A stretch of 64,000 nucleotides of DNA, from assembly GCA_950097015.1 (NCBI GenBank), contig CATNEN010000038.1, positions 29,140,001 through 29,204,000 on the forward strand, read 5' to 3'. The notes beneath the pieces are model-generated. The model was not told the origin of the DNA. It worked only from the letters and a program-made list of their open reading frames with translations, and searched no databases. Source of the stretch: Macrostomum hystrix. Lineage: Eukaryota > Animalia > Platyhelminthes. Positions 22,353 through 37,300 of this stretch are shown here, in pieces. Within the stretch, counting starts at the first letter, position 1, and each line of letters starts with the position of its first letter. Both the position numbers and the translations under genes were made by a program.

Positions 22353-25300
22353 ATGCTAAAATCAAGCGGAGATGGTCGTAAAACATCACGGTTTCTTACG
22401 ACACTGCACGTTTTACTGCTACTGCCGCTACTTCTGTCCTTGTTGCCATGGCGTTGCCATGCTCAAGACGACTATCCACCGAGGGCGTTTCAGCACACTC
22501 AGCCAAAAGTGCCAACTCTGCGTCAGGAGGGCCAGCAGCACGCGTTTACCTGCGAGGCTAACGGCAGGCCGAATCCGACCTACGCTTGGCAGCGAGTCGC
22601 GAATGTTGAACGGCACGACGACGATCTCACAGCGACCTGGGTTCGGCAGAACCGCACCGACACCTACAGAATTTATCAGGTTAGCCGAGACGACGTAGGT
22701 CGCTACCGATGCTACGCCTTCAACGCGCAAGGAGGCCTGCGGCACTCCAGCGTCACCCTGCTAGTCGGCTACTTGGACACATCGCGGCTGAAGGCAAAGT
22801 CCAGTCTAACGGTAGCCAGAGGTGGAACTGCAAGGCTGCCCTTGCCATCCGAAATCGATGCTTACCCTCCGCCGTACGCCAAGTGGCAGAGGAACGGCTT
22901 CCCATTAACCAATGATCAGAGAACCTACGTCACAGCCGCCTACGAACTCATCATTGTGAATGTTACATCGGAAGATTATCAAATAGTATTTCAAGCTAGC
23001 CTTAGCAACAACTTTCAGACTAAGTCGGAGGTGAAGACACCGATGTACAGGCTCAGAGTGAGTTTATGATGATGATTTTCTGTTAAACTTTCATCAAGCA
23101 CTGTTACATTTTGCCATGAACTACGGCAATTTGGGTTAGAACTAATTAGTTCAAGTCTAATTAGAAATTACGGCCAGAACTCATTCACAGAGCTTCATCT
23201 CAACCATATCTCATCTCCACCGAGTCTCATCCCTACCGAGTCTCATCTCTAGCGTATCTCATCTCTAACGTATCTCGTCTCTACAGTATCTCATCTGTAA
23301 CGTATCTTATCTCTACCGAATCTCATCTCTACTGAGTCTTATCGCTACTGAGTCCCATCTCAACCGTGTCTCATCTCTCAAATTCCTCACCGTCGCATTT
23401 TTCGCCTAGTCGTATCGCTTACCTCTCAATTCGACCGATTGTCAAGTTACTTAATCTGTCCCTGGCTCTGGAGGTAGTTATAGCTATAAGGTTACCAGCC
23501 GGATCTTTGCCGTGAGCTACTCTTGTTCGAGTATGATTCTCTAGAGTTCTAGGCAAACACGTACGATTGCTTGTTGCATTAAACTGTAGCATTGCAGTGT
23601 CTTCATTAATATAGTACGTTGCAGTGCGGTACACGTATACCACGAGGACATTGCTACTAGTCTAGTCAGCTTACCAAATAAAATAGTGAGTTGATTGACT
23701 GACAGGGCTGTGAGACACGTGTTTGACAGGTGTGTTAAATACTGAATCCGCAAGGTATTGCATTGCATTGTAGCCACCTCACTCTACATGCATTATAAAG
23801 GCTTAAACGAACGAATGAATCATCGCAGTCGTCATGTTCCTCTAATTTTACCAAAATCCCCCAATTCCAGTCTTTCCATAGCTATTGTACGTTAGCTATT
23901 GTGACACATTTCCCTCGTTATTCTATGTAAGACTTCGCACCGATAATAGAGCTTCAATAGCTATAGCTATGTGACAAAGTGATTAACAAAAATGGCCAAT
24001 ATGTTAGACATCAAGCTGTAGCTAGTCTTTGTAGTCAAATTAGTCCAACACAAAGCACTGGCTAAACGATGTAATGACCAGTACTCAGCTAGCTAGCTAT
24101 AATATTATTTTAATTTTGTCCACAAAAGAAGAGATAATGTATGTGTAGCTTCTAGCAAGTTGTGTATGTACACATGTGAATTTGGCTTTGATAGACCGTT
24201 TGGACTAAATGCGTTAGCCCTTAGTGAGGTCATGTCTAGCTATTAATCTTTACGTAGCTTTATAGACTGCTCAGATTACCAATCCAATAAACTAAAACCC
24301 AAAGGATTGCTAGTCTAACCCAAAGGATTGCTAGTCTAACCCAAAGGATTGCTAGACTTTCTAACCCAAAGGATTGCTAGTCTAGCCCAAAGGATTGCTA
24401 GTCTAGCCCAAAGGATTGCTAGTCTAACCCAAAAGATTGCTTGCCTAGCCCGATGGATTGCTAGTCTAGCCCAAAGGATTGCTAGTCTAGCCCAAAGGAT
24501 TGCTAGTCTAGCCCAAAGGATTGCTAGTCTAACCCAAAAGATTGCTAGCCTAGCCCGATGGATTGCTAGTCTAGCCCAAAGGATTGCTAGACTTTCTAAC
24601 CCAAAGGATTGCTAGTCTAGCCCAAAGGATTGCTAGTCTAGCCCAATGATTGCTAGTTTAACCCAAAGGATTTCTAGTCTAGCCCAAAGGATTGCTAGTC
24701 TAGCCCAAAGGATTGCTAGTCTAACCCAAAAGATTGCTAGCCTAGCCCGATGGATTGCTAGTCTAGCCCAAAGGATTACTAGACTTTCTAACCCAAAGGG
24801 TTGCTAGTCTAGCCCAAAGGATTGCTAGTCTAACCCAAAGGATTGCTAGTCTAACCCAAAGGATTGCTATTCTAGCCAATGATTGCTAGTTTAACCCAAA
24901 GGATTGCTAGTCTAACCCAAAGGATTGCTAGTCTAGCCCAAAGGATTGCTAGTCTAAACCTAGCAAATTATTAGAGCTAGTAAGCTCAGTCACTGACTAA
25001 TTTTAATATCAATTGTTGTAGCGTGACTGTTTTGACCTAATTTATTGGCCATGTTAAACCAACATTCATGACAGAAGTATTGACATGCCTGGCACAAAAT
25101 TTCTTTGAAAACAGCGATGAAGTTTTAAATAATTATGAGCAGTTGAACATGCCTCAAGCCAATGTCAGATTAAGCCTTGATTAAGCTTGCGATCTGACTC
25201 GGATATTTCCTTACAGAATATTTTTGTTCATTTAGTGTTTTAAAAAATATAGGTTTTTTTAAATCATATCTACCGCATGTCTAGTTCATGTGTGCGTGTC

Positions 25301-28300
25301 ATTGGCGGCCAGCCACCCCATATTATATAGAATTCAAGTCAGGCTTTGTTCAACCAGACCTACCCCCCCCCCCGCGTTGAGTCCAATATTTCAGCTGACC
25401 TAAACCAGCTGGAGTGCACCGGCTTTCGAGAGGGCTGATTTGTGAGAATTCCTAAGCCCCTTTAGTCTATATTAGATTACAGTTTACACAGTGTCCCCTC
25501 CCCAGACCGCAATATCCTTCCCTGGCTTGGTATCCCAGTGCTGATCAAGTCGGCACGATAGCTCGCGTCATAAAACAATGAGCAATGGAAAGTAGCGGCG
25601 GCGTTGTCTGACTTGTCTCTAAGGAGCTTTAAAAAATCCACTATTTGATTATAGCTGCATATGTTGGGCTTCGTTCTAAGGTGTCTACGAAAGTTAGACC
25701 GCGGAAGTGAAGGCTGATGTACCGTGAATCCACTTTGCTTTCCTTCCTAGCTGGTGAAATTTCTTCAGTGTGTGGTTGTTGAGCGGCAGAGCGGTCTGAC
25801 GTGTTTACCTCTCGCACCAAGGTCCCTGAGCTCGATTCCGCGGCGAGGGAAAATTTATTTGTTGTGCTTCAGTGTGTGCTTCAGTGAGTGATTCAGTGTG
25901 TGTGATTCAGTGTGTGCTTCAGCGTGTGTGATTCAGTGTGTGCTTCAGTGAGTGATTCAGTGTGTGATTCAGTGAGTGATTCATTGTGTGATTCAGTGAG
26001 TGATTCTTTGTGTGATTCAGTGTGTGCTTCAGTGCGTGATTCAGTGCGTGATTCAGTGTGTGATTCAGTGTGTGATTCAGTGTGTGATTCAGTGTGTGAT
26101 TCAGTGAGTGATTATTTGTGTGATTCATTGTGTGATTCAGTGAGTGATTATTTGTGTGATTCAGTGTGTGATTCAGTGTGTGATTCAGTGAGTGATTCAT
26201 TGTGTGATTCAGTGTGTGATTCAGTGTGTGCTTCAGTGCGTGATTCAGTGTGTGTGATTCAGTGTGTGTGATTCAGTGTGTGATTCAGTGTGTTATTCAG
26301 TGCGTGATTCAGTGTGTGATTCAGTGTGTGATTCAGTGTGTGATTCAGTGTGTGCTTCAGTGCGTGATTCAGTGTGTGTGATTCAGTGTGTGATTCAGTG
26401 TGCGATTCAGTGTGTGTGATTCAGTGTGTGATTCAGTGTGTGCTTCAGTGAGTGATTCAGTGTGTGATTCAGTGTGTGCTTCAGTGTGTGCTTCAGTGTG
26501 TGATTCAGTGTGTGATTCAGTGTGTTATTCAGTGAGTGATTCATTGTGTGATTCAGTGAGTGATTCTATGTCTGATTCATTGTGTGATTCAGTGAGTGAT
26601 TCAGTGTGTGATTCATTGTGTGATTCAGTGAGTGATTCAGTGAGTGATTCATTGTGTGATTCAGTGAGTGATTCTTTGTCTGATTCATTGTGTGATTCAG
26701 TGTGTGATTCAGTGTGTGATTCAGTGTGTGATTCAGTGAGTGATTCATTGTGTGATTCAGTGTGTGATTCAGTGAGTGATTCATTGTGTGATTCAGTGAG
26801 TGATTCAGTGTGTGATTCAGATTGTGATTCAGTGTGTGCTTCAGATTGTGATTCAGTGTGTGCTTCAGTGTGTGATTCAGTACACAAGTAGAGGTTCTAC
26901 ATATTTTCACTCATTTCGATCTGAATTAATTTAGCTTGACTTAACTACAGGAGACAGGAGTTTCGTGAAAATATGACTTTAAAATTCACAATTATTCTTA
27001 AAACTGTCGCAGCTACTATAAATTGATGTCGACTTCTTAATGGATTTCTAAGCACAACCCTAAAACCCATTTAAGTAGAAATTTGTTCAAATTTCTTTTA
27101 AGACAGAACTGTACAGGGCCTAGCTAATGCAATAGAATAAGCCAATGAGTTACAATAAAAGATTTATCTATGAAATAGTTTCTTCTTGCTCATTTCGGTT
27201 AGTTTCTAGGCACTGGGTTAAGTCGCTTTGGCAGTAACTTTAATTAATGTTTATATTTATATTTACTTTTCTTGCTTAACATTTTCAGCAGTTATTGAAG
27301 ATTAAATTTAGTTTTATAAAATATTTTAGAAATGAAAATTGGTTTGTATATTTTTAATGCTAAACTTTTGTAATTCAATCAGGCGGAGTAGATAGGAGGA
27401 TGCACTATTTTCAAGTCCAGTAAAACAATTAAGGAAATGTTAATAAATGGGAGTTAAAACCAACCTTAAAATATGAAAGCGATTTAAAGTCTGGAAAGTT
27501 ACGAAATCGGTAAAAGGCGCAAATGCCTGTGAAGAGAAAAACATGAACATTCTTTAAGCTGGACAAAGCCGGAGAATCCTAGGTCGTAAAAAACAAACCC
27601 GGAAAAACTGAGCCGGAAAATAAAAAGTCAGAAAAAATCTCGATATTCTACCAAAAACGTAAGGTCTATAATTAATACCCTTGAATAATGAATTGTACAA
27701 ATGACAATGACCCCGTCCGCAGGAGAGTCAGCAGCCGCTTGAAGCTCAGCAGAGCCTAGTTCCAGTCTATCACTCTGGCAACGTGACGCGCATTCTCGGT
27801 GATGCAACTAAAGTCGACGCCATATTCGAGTGCGTGTTCTCCGCTAGGCCGCTGGATCGCCTAAAAATTCGATGGTACCGCGCCGAGCTAAACTCATCAG
27901 CCCAGACTGAGCTAGTTAGCAACAGCGACAAATATACCGTTGAGCAGCACTACTCGCGAAGACTAACAATTCATAAAGTCGATGCAAACGACGCGGCGAA
28001 GTACGCCTGCGAGGGTCAGGTAGTAGGCAACGGTATCGCTAATTCGCCTGTTATTCGCCGTGTCTCCTGGCTGACAGTCCTGTCGCCGCCTAAACTCACT
28101 CGCAGCGAATCAGACGATCTGTGGGCCGATCACGGATCCGATAAACTGCTGGGCTGTCAGGCCGAAGGCAACCCGAAGCCTCAGATTCAGTGGTACCGAA
28201 ACGCTGTCAAGATTGTTAATAATAACAGGTGAGTGAGTCTAAAATAATAATTAGCTAACTTAGATCACTAAAACCATAATTACCTCCAGCGGTTCTACGC

Positions 28301-31300
28301 TCGTACGAGCTATAACAATCTACTATACTACCAGTGTGGTCTTTCAACTCCGCACCCGGAATAGTAATAATAACTGCAGCATGGCTGTGGGCAATGGCAC
28401 TTTATTTAGTGACAGTAGACCCGCAGCCAGCGAGGAGGCAATTCTGCCCATTTCGCAGACACCTCAGTCTGCACAGCTACTCAACAGCTACGTCCTATGT
28501 ACATGTGGCCTCGCCGCGGAATTAAACTTAAGGATTCCGTTAACCGCTCTTCCAACAACCCTCCTTCAGCGACAACCCTCCTTCGTGGTCCTTTAACTAT
28601 CTATCATGTTTCTCTTTAAAGAATGTAAATTCAATTATACATCTTTGGTTCTTTAGCTAGGTACCGAGGTTGTCCTTCATATATGGTCCTGAATATGTGG
28701 TCCTACACTTTGATTTCACTTCTAACCCTCTTTTCTATCATCTTTTATCAACGACTTTGGTTCCTCGTAATTTATCGTTATATTATCTCTATTGAATCGG
28801 AAAGCTTTAGATTTCAAGTTGCGTTGCTAATGTTAAATGTAAAGCACCAGTAACAAGGACCGATTCTTTCCAATAGTTGTATTAAAAAAGCGACGAAAAC
28901 AACTAAATATAAGTTGTTTCTATTTACTCAGCCTGCGAGTATTGAGCAAAGATCTTACTTATTTGCATTTTAACCGACTACAAATTCCATTAATTCTCAT
29001 CCATTAGTAATTTAAACAGAACTTTTTAATGCTGACTTACGTAGACAATTGGGGGGTCGGTGGCAGAGCGGTTATCGCGTTTGCCTCTCGCACCACGGTC
29101 CCTAAGTTCGATTCCACGGCGAGGCCACATTTATTTGGGGCGCAGCTTTGGAGAGGGCTTGGGGGCTTGTCGTGCAATTTACGCCCTTGAGGGCCAACTT
29201 CCACGGCACAGAGAAATGTACACTGCCTGACGATGAGAAAGTCAGGGCAGATGTACACACCTGTGTGAGCGTGTGCCTGCGTACGGTATCTGTGTGCGTG
29301 TGTGCTCAGGAGTCAGCAAAATGGGCAGAATTGCCTCCTCGCTGGCTGCGGGTCTAGTGTCACCAAATGGTGTGCCATTGCCCGCAGCCCTCCTGCAATT
29401 ATTATTATTATTATTATTATTACGTAGACAACTTTAGCTACTTTTATTATGGGAATTACCTGTGTAGATCTATCCATCTATCTCTATATTTGTATTGTAT
29501 TGCTAAATTTCAATAGCAACTCGCTTTTAAACGTATGAGGATGAAGTGAATACGATTCCTGTCTGTCAGCAGCAAGCTGTAAATCAATAGGGTCTTTGTG
29601 AGCTCAAACAGTGACGTCATCATGAGGGTTAGTCAGTTGACTCTAAGCTTCAAAAAATGAATACCGTTGGAGCATTGCTGGGTGCAACAGCGTGATATTC
29701 ACACTGCAGCCTCATAAAAATGTATGGTGAGATAATCCAGCTCAAAAGGCAACCAACCGTCAGCAAGCTTATTCCAAAAACTGATAATAAATTAAATTAA
29801 ATTTGCTTTTTTGGTGCCAAATTTTCCCTTGAGACAGCACTCAACTATTAAGATTGTCACAGCTAGCCATATTGTTTGAATGCCTAAACTTAAAAAAACG
29901 GAAATTTTATAATCCTAAACTTTCGAATTCCTAAAAACTTTTCGATCTATAAATTACCAAGTGCCATGTATTTTCGTTAATCTAAAAAACTTCAACAATA
30001 CCACTAAACTCCCCAATCCCACTAAACTTCCCAATCCCACTAAACTCCTCAATCCCACTAAACTCCCCAATCCCAATAAACTTCCCAATCCAAATAAACT
30101 TCCCAATCCCAATAAACTCCCCAATCCCAATAAACTCCCCAATCCCAATAAACTCCCCAATCCCACTAAACTCCCCAATCCCACTAAACTCCCCAATCCC
30201 AATAAACTTCCCAATCCCAATAAACTTCCGAATCCCAATAAACTCCGATCTCAATAAACTTCCAAATCCCAATAAACTCCGATCTCAATAAACTTCCCAA
30301 TCCCAAGAAACTTCCCAATCCAAATAAACTTCCAAATTCCAATAAACTCCCAAATCCCAATAAACTCCGATCTCAATGAACTTCCCAATCCCAATAAACT
30401 TCCCAATCCCAATAAACTCCCAAATCACAATAAACTCCGATCTCAATGAACTTCCCAATCCAAATAAACTTCCCAATCCCAATAAACTTCCCAATCCAAA
30501 TAAACTTCCCAATCCAAATAAACTTCCCAATCCCAATAAACTCCCAAATCCCAATAAACTCCGATCTCAATGAACTTCCCAATCCAAATAAACTTCCCAA
30601 TCCCAATAAACTTCCCAATCCCAATAAACTTCCCAATCCAAATAAACTTCCCAATCCCAATAAACTTCCCAATCCAAATAAACTTCCCAATCCAAATAAA
30701 CTTCCCAATCCAAATAAACTTCCCAATCCAAATAAACTTCCCAATCCCAATAAGCTTCCCAATCCAAATAAACTTCCCAATCCCAATAAACTTCCCAATC
30801 CAAATAAACTTCCCAATCCCAATAAACTCCCAAATCCCAATAAACTCCGATCTCAATGAACTTCCCAATCCCAATAAACTTCCCAATCCAAATAAACTTC
30901 CCAATCCAAATAAACTTCCCAATCCAAATAAACTTCCCAATCCAAATAAACTTCCCAATCCCAATAAACTTCCCTATCCCAAGAAACAGATGACAGGTTT
31001 ACGGCTTTACAGGATGAAAAGCTTTTCTAAAACTTACACAAAACTAGCGAAAACTAAAGTTTCCACTCACATTAGCGCTTAAACTGTAAACACGTTTCTG
31101 TAAAAATAAATGCGTTAAAATGATCGCCATGTATTGTGGAATCTCAGCTACCAATGGAATATATAAAAGTCCCAATTTACCAGACGAGGCCAATGGGGTT
31201 TGACTCCAGTGTCTTATATAAGAGTTCACACTGGAACTGTGTGTTTCGAGAGGCGTCAATCTAATAACGCCTCACTCACCGCATTGAGCTGGTTGGCTGG

Positions 31301-34300
31301 TTGCGGGGTGCCAGCCGCAAATACTCGAGCCCTAGTCGAGAGTGTCTCTGATTCAATCCTTTATTTCCAACTCCAGTCGGCGCATAGCATGAAAAGTAGA
31401 AAATATACGGGTTCTCCAGGATAGCCACTTCAGCTGCCACTACTGGAGTAGGACTCACTCAAACTCTAAGGCTATTTTGTCGATTCCGCAGCTAAATCTA
31501 GCTTGTAGCTAAAGTCTTTGGTTAAAACAAAAATAGCTGCGATAATTTTCCTGGAAACGCTGTGGATGACTATTTTTAATTAACAGAATACTCTCGGAAT
31601 CATCGATTGCTTAAATATTGATTAAATTGCTGAAAGCCTATTTTTTTTGTTTTACAAACCAAACCGACTTCACATTTGAATATTCATTTGATTTTCAACG
31701 ATCTGGAAGACGAACTGATATTATCACAACCCGGAGAATTAAAAAAAGGATTTCAATTTGGGGATTTGTGATTTGGACAATGATGGTTTTGGATTCTGAA
31801 GGTTTTGGGATTATGAACGATTTTGGGATTCTGAAGGTTTTGGGATTCTGAAGGATTTGGGATTCTGAAGGATTTGGGATTCTGAAGGATTTGGGATTCT
31901 GAAGGATTTGGGATTCTGAGGCATTTGGGATTCTGAAGGATTTGGGATTCTGAAGCATTTGGGATTCTGAGGCATTTGGGATTCTGAAGGATTTGGGATT
32001 CTGATGGATTTGAAGTATGAAGGATTTGGGATTCTGATGGATTTGAAGTATGAAGGATTTGGGATTCTGATGGATTTGAAGTATGAAGGATTTGGGATTC
32101 TGAAGGTTTTGGGATTATGAACGATTTTGGGATTCTGAAGGATTTGAAGTATGAAGGATTTGGATTCTGAAGGATTTGGGATTCTGAAGGATTTGGATTA
32201 TAAATCCAGGATTTGGTTCATTGGATATTTAGATTCTTTATGATTTGGGGATTGGGAAAAATTGATCTCTTTAATGAATTGTCGGATTGTGCCCTGACAT
32301 TTACTCATTCTTCCTCTTATGTGGAAAATATTTTCTTTAACCTTTTTTCTTTAAACCTACTTTCCTCTTTATAAGTTACAGGATTCCCAGTTGTGCAAAG
32401 TCCTCCTTCATGAGGCAGCCAATTAAAGTAATTTTCCCTTTGAATTATTACGATCCCATCGAGTCGCTCTGTGCAATGACCGTCACTTTTGTTGTTTTTT
32501 TATTGTCAAAGCTGTGCGTGCAGTGACTGAGTCATGTGCAAGCCTTGCAGGCTCTCGCATTCTGAAGAAAGAAAAGCCTATACACGCGTCTTAATAAGGC
32601 CCATTATTTGTTACTCCATGACAATAATAATTTTATTCTTCCTCCAAACTATCGGGGTAAGGTAAGGCATTTATTATGCTAAGGGGGATATCCCGCAAGC
32701 GCGCTCACGGTTCTAAAGGGATTTTTTCGTTTTCAGAGTCTAAGAGAAGTTGGGATTCTAGTGGGGGGGCGGAATAGTATAGATATTGCGTCATCCGTGG
32801 GACATTCATTTGTACACCCTGTCAAATTGCTCCTGTTGGCTATAAGTTATCAGCACACTGGGCCGTATAATGACCACTTTTTACATTCAGGTCCCTGAAT
32901 GTGCACTTCCTCCCGACAATGAGATCGTGCTCACGGCTGCATGAGGTTTTCTTGGAAATCAATATTTTAAGATTTATTAATTTTCATTTTCTAACTTTCA
33001 TTTCATTACTCATATCGACTTGACAGATGAAAACAGTTCAAATAATTTAATCAGTCAATATTTCAACAGAGCGTAAAATTGCTTTCTTAAAAATTGGAGT
33101 CATAATTGCTCAGTTTAAATTCGGATTGATTGGTTAAAGAAAGGCCTTAGTCTCAGGACTGATTTTCCTGAATTTATTAAATATCCACAGAGAAATTTTA
33201 ATTGGGTTCATCTGGAACTGATTGAGCATGAAATTCCAATTATTCAGATGCTGAATTTGGAGATATATAAACGTCATAATGTACGTCGCCTGATCCCCAT
33301 GCTCACAGTCGGATCCCCATACTCACAGTCTGATCCCCATACTCACAGTCTGATCCCCATACTCACAGTCTGATCCACATACTCAAATTCTGATCCCTAT
33401 AGTCACAGTCTGATCCCCATACTCACAGTCTGATCCCCATACTCAAATTCTGATCCCTATACTCACAGTCTGATCCCCATACTCACAGTCTGATCCCTAT
33501 ACTCACAGTCTGATCCCCATACTCACAGTCTGATCCCCATACTCACAGTCTGATCCCCATACTCACAGTCTGATCCCTATACTCAAATTCTGATCCCTAT
33601 AGTCACAGTCTGATCCCCATACTCACAGTCTGATCCCCATACTCAAATTCTGATCCCTATACTCACAGTCTGATCCCCATACTCACAGTCTGATCCCTAT
33701 ACTCACAGTCTGATCCCCATACTCAAAGTCTGATCCCTATACTCACAGTCTGATCCCCACACTCACAGTCTGATCGCCATACTCAAATTCTGATCCCTAT
33801 AGTCACAGTCTGATCCCCATACTCACAGTCTGATCCCCATACTCACAGTCTGATCCCCATACTCATAGTCTGATCCCTATACTCAAATTCTGATCCCTAT
33901 AGTCACAGTCTGATCCCCATACTCACAGTCTGATCCCCATACTCACAGTCTGATCCCCATACTCACAGTCTGATCCCCATACTCACAGTCTGATCCCCAT
34001 ACTCACAGTCTGATCCCCATACTCACAGTCTGATCCCCATACTCACAGTCTGATCCCCATACTCACAGTCTGATCCCCATACTCACAGTCTGATCCCCAT
34101 ACTCACAGTCTGATCCCCATACTCAAATTCTGATCCCTATAGTCACAGTCTGATCCCCATACTCAGTCTGATCCCCATACTCACAGTCTGATCCCCACAC
34201 TCACAGTCTGATCCCCATACTCACAGTCTGATCCACATACTCAAATTCTGATCCCTATAGTCACAGTCTGATCCCCATACTCACAGTCTGATCCCCATAC

Positions 34301-37300
34301 TCACAGTCTGATCCCCATACTCACAGTCTGACCCTATACTCAGTCTGAGCATTATAGTCGCGCAAGCTGCCAACGTATTATTTTTTCCGTTAACAAAAAA
34401 TCCTACCTGGATTTAATCTGATACACAGAAAAAGGAAGCAATGAATTTCATATAATAGCCAAGTGTCTGAGTCGTGGCACACCTATGAGTCATTCGCTCT
34501 CGTTCAGCCAAATAAAATTGTAGTCACATTGTGTGTGCTCTGAGAAAAAGACAAAGATGTCACTTAAGCTTCACAATTTGCGACCAAATTTTTGTTTAAA
34601 ACAAGGAAAGTGTGAAAGTGACGGACTGCAGGCTGTATTGACTGACTCATTTGGAGCTTACTGGAGTTGACACATTTTTTAGTATGCATGATGCGGTTAG
34701 GAACTGGCAGGTATAGTATTTTGATGAGCTGCTTTAGAGTAGGGTTCGTCAAAACAGATCTCGCCCGACTTATCTCTCCCGTGTCTTATCTCTCCCGTGT
34801 CTTCTCTCCCGTGTCTTATCTCTCCCGTGTCTCATCTCTCCCGTGTCTCATCTCTCCCGTGTCTCATCTCTCCCTTGTCTTATCTCTGCCCTGTCTTATC
34901 TCTCCCCTGTCTTATCTCTGCCCTGTCTTATCTCTCCCCTGTCATATCTCTCCACCTGTATCATCTCTCCTGTCTTATCTCTGCCTTGTCTCATCTCTCC
35001 CTGTCTCATCTCTCCACCTGTATCATCTCTCCTCTGTCTTATCTCTCCCCTGTCATATCTCTCCCCTGTCTCATCTCTCCCCTGTCTTATCTCTCCCCTG
35101 TTTTATCTCTCCCCTGTCTGTCTCATCTCTCCCCTGTCTCATCTCTCCTCCTGTATCATTTCTCCCCTGTCTCATCTCTCCCCTGTCTTATCTCTCCCCT
35201 GTCATATCTCTCCCCTGTCTCATCTCTCCCCTGTCTCATCTCTCTCCCTGTATCATCTCTCCCCTGTCTTATATCTCTCCCCTGTCTTATCTCTCACCTG
35301 TCTCATCTCTCCCCTGTCTCATCTCTCCCCTGTCTCATCTCTCCCCTGTCTCATCTCTTCTATGTCTCATGCCTCTAGTGACTCATGTTTCCCGTTGTCA
35401 ATCCGGCCCGCCATCATCTTTAATATTCCGTATTCTATGAAGCTCGAGGTTTTCGAGTATAAGCAGTTTGTAAAAGGCCGTCAACCATGTTTTTACTGTT
35501 ACGTTTCCTTACACTCACAGCGAAAAACGACATGCGCCCACTGTATTACCCAGCTAGGTTCTCAATGTTTTTGTTTCATTGTAGACGGAGGTTGCAGCTG
35601 GGGAAGTAAGAGAGAGGCCTCTGATGAGTAGAGGTAACAGAGCTTCATCAGTTTGAACTGGCATGTTTGGGACAGCGGAGCAATGGGGCGTATGACTGCC
35701 AGGCTGTGTGAGTGATCCACCTAGATATTCTCTGAGCCTCAAGCCCTAGCGCTTGACCCGGGCGTGACCTAGGCAAGTCTATAGTGGAGACTCCATGCGG
35801 TTTTGTTCTTTAGTAAGGGGGCCTGGATTCTCGCAGCTGAAAAATGGCCAACCAGCAGAGGCTAAATTCTGGATCGCAAGCCTAGTACTTCACTGTGCAG
35901 TGTGAAAATAACAAAATCATGCTCTAAAAATATATTAGCCTTACATTTTACCAACCCAAGTCACGGAAATTTACCGACTTTTATTTTCTACGAAATCTAT
36001 AATCATTCTAAATCCTTAGTCCTGCCAAATTGCTAATCCTTTGGAATAATTACTTCTCCTAAATATCCACCTACTTGCATCTTCCATCTAACAGAAAAAT
36101 ATCTTACAAAGTCTTAATCTTCCAGAAAATGTGACATCGTCTTATGTAAAAATATTCCTAAATTTTGAATCTTCACCAAACCCTCATCATTGCAGATCCT
36201 TAATCCTCCAAAATCTCAAATCTTCCCAGATCCTTAATCCCCTAAATCCCGAATCTTCCTGATATTTAATCCTCCAAAATCCCAAATCTTCCTAGATACT
36301 TAATCTCCTAAATCCCAAATCTTCCTAGATACTTAATCCCCTAAATCCCAAATCTTCCTGATATTTAATCGCCTAAATCCCAAATCTTCCTGAAATTTAA
36401 TTCCCTAAATCCCAAATCTTCTAGATCCTTAATCCTCCAAAATCCCAAATCTTCCTAGATACCTAATCCTCCAAAATCCCAAATCATCCAGATCCCTAAT
36501 CCCCCGAATCCCAAATTTTAATCCTCCAAAATCGCGAATCTTCCAGATCTTTCATATTCTTTAGTCCGTAGTTTTGTAAGTCCTTATTTCCTAAATCAAA
36601 ACTTGTACACATTTCCCATTATCAAAAGTTTAGAAGTAAACAGACCGTTGCACAAGTTAAGTGTGACTTCTACTAAAAATTTGACACGCAATGTATATTT
36701 TCTGTGACCAGTCAGACTTAGATTACCGTACAAATGATCCCAGAAGCAAGTAGAACAAGAGTGACTGCCTACAGCTACTATATGTGGAACTGGTCAGCTC
36801 ACAAATGAGTCACCTCGTTGACTCGAGTGAACGAAATTAAATCGGTGTGCTAAATGAAAATCAGTGTCACGCAATGCATGGTCTAACCAACTAGCGACCC
36901 AAGCTTGTTGAAGACAAAAACGCAAACAATAGAAGCCTAATAGCTTTTGTTGTTGATGGTTGTATGAACCGCTAGTGTGTAGAACTTTAACAAAGCCAAA
37001 AATATTTTTGACTAGTTTCATACATAATGTGCAATTGTTTTAATTGCAAATGTCATGAGGGATACCAAATTTTCCGTTTTAGTATCTCCTTACTTCTCTC
37101 CCTTCTTCTCTCCCTCCTTCTCTCCCTCCTTCTCTCCCTCCTTCTCTCCCTCCTTCTCTCCCTCCTTCTGTCCCTCCTTCTGTCCCTCCTTCTCTCCCTC
37201 CTTCTGTCCCTCCTTCTGTCCCTCCTTCTGTCCCTCCTTCTGTCCCTCCTTCTGTTCCTCCTTCTGTCCCTCCTTCTGTTCCTCCTTCTGTTCCTCCTTC

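Noticed and set aside
29051-29130. Possible tRNA genes at the SINE heads
   Set aside because: A and B boxes are present but I could not build a proper cloverleaf, and the sequence continues into a repeated body with tail and TSD.
29216-29258. CTGACGA-TGA-GAAA in the SINE body resembles a minimal hammerhead ribozyme core
   Set aside because: There is no helix III and no correctly placed UH cleavage site before the stem I partner. The segment folds more simply as one hairpin.
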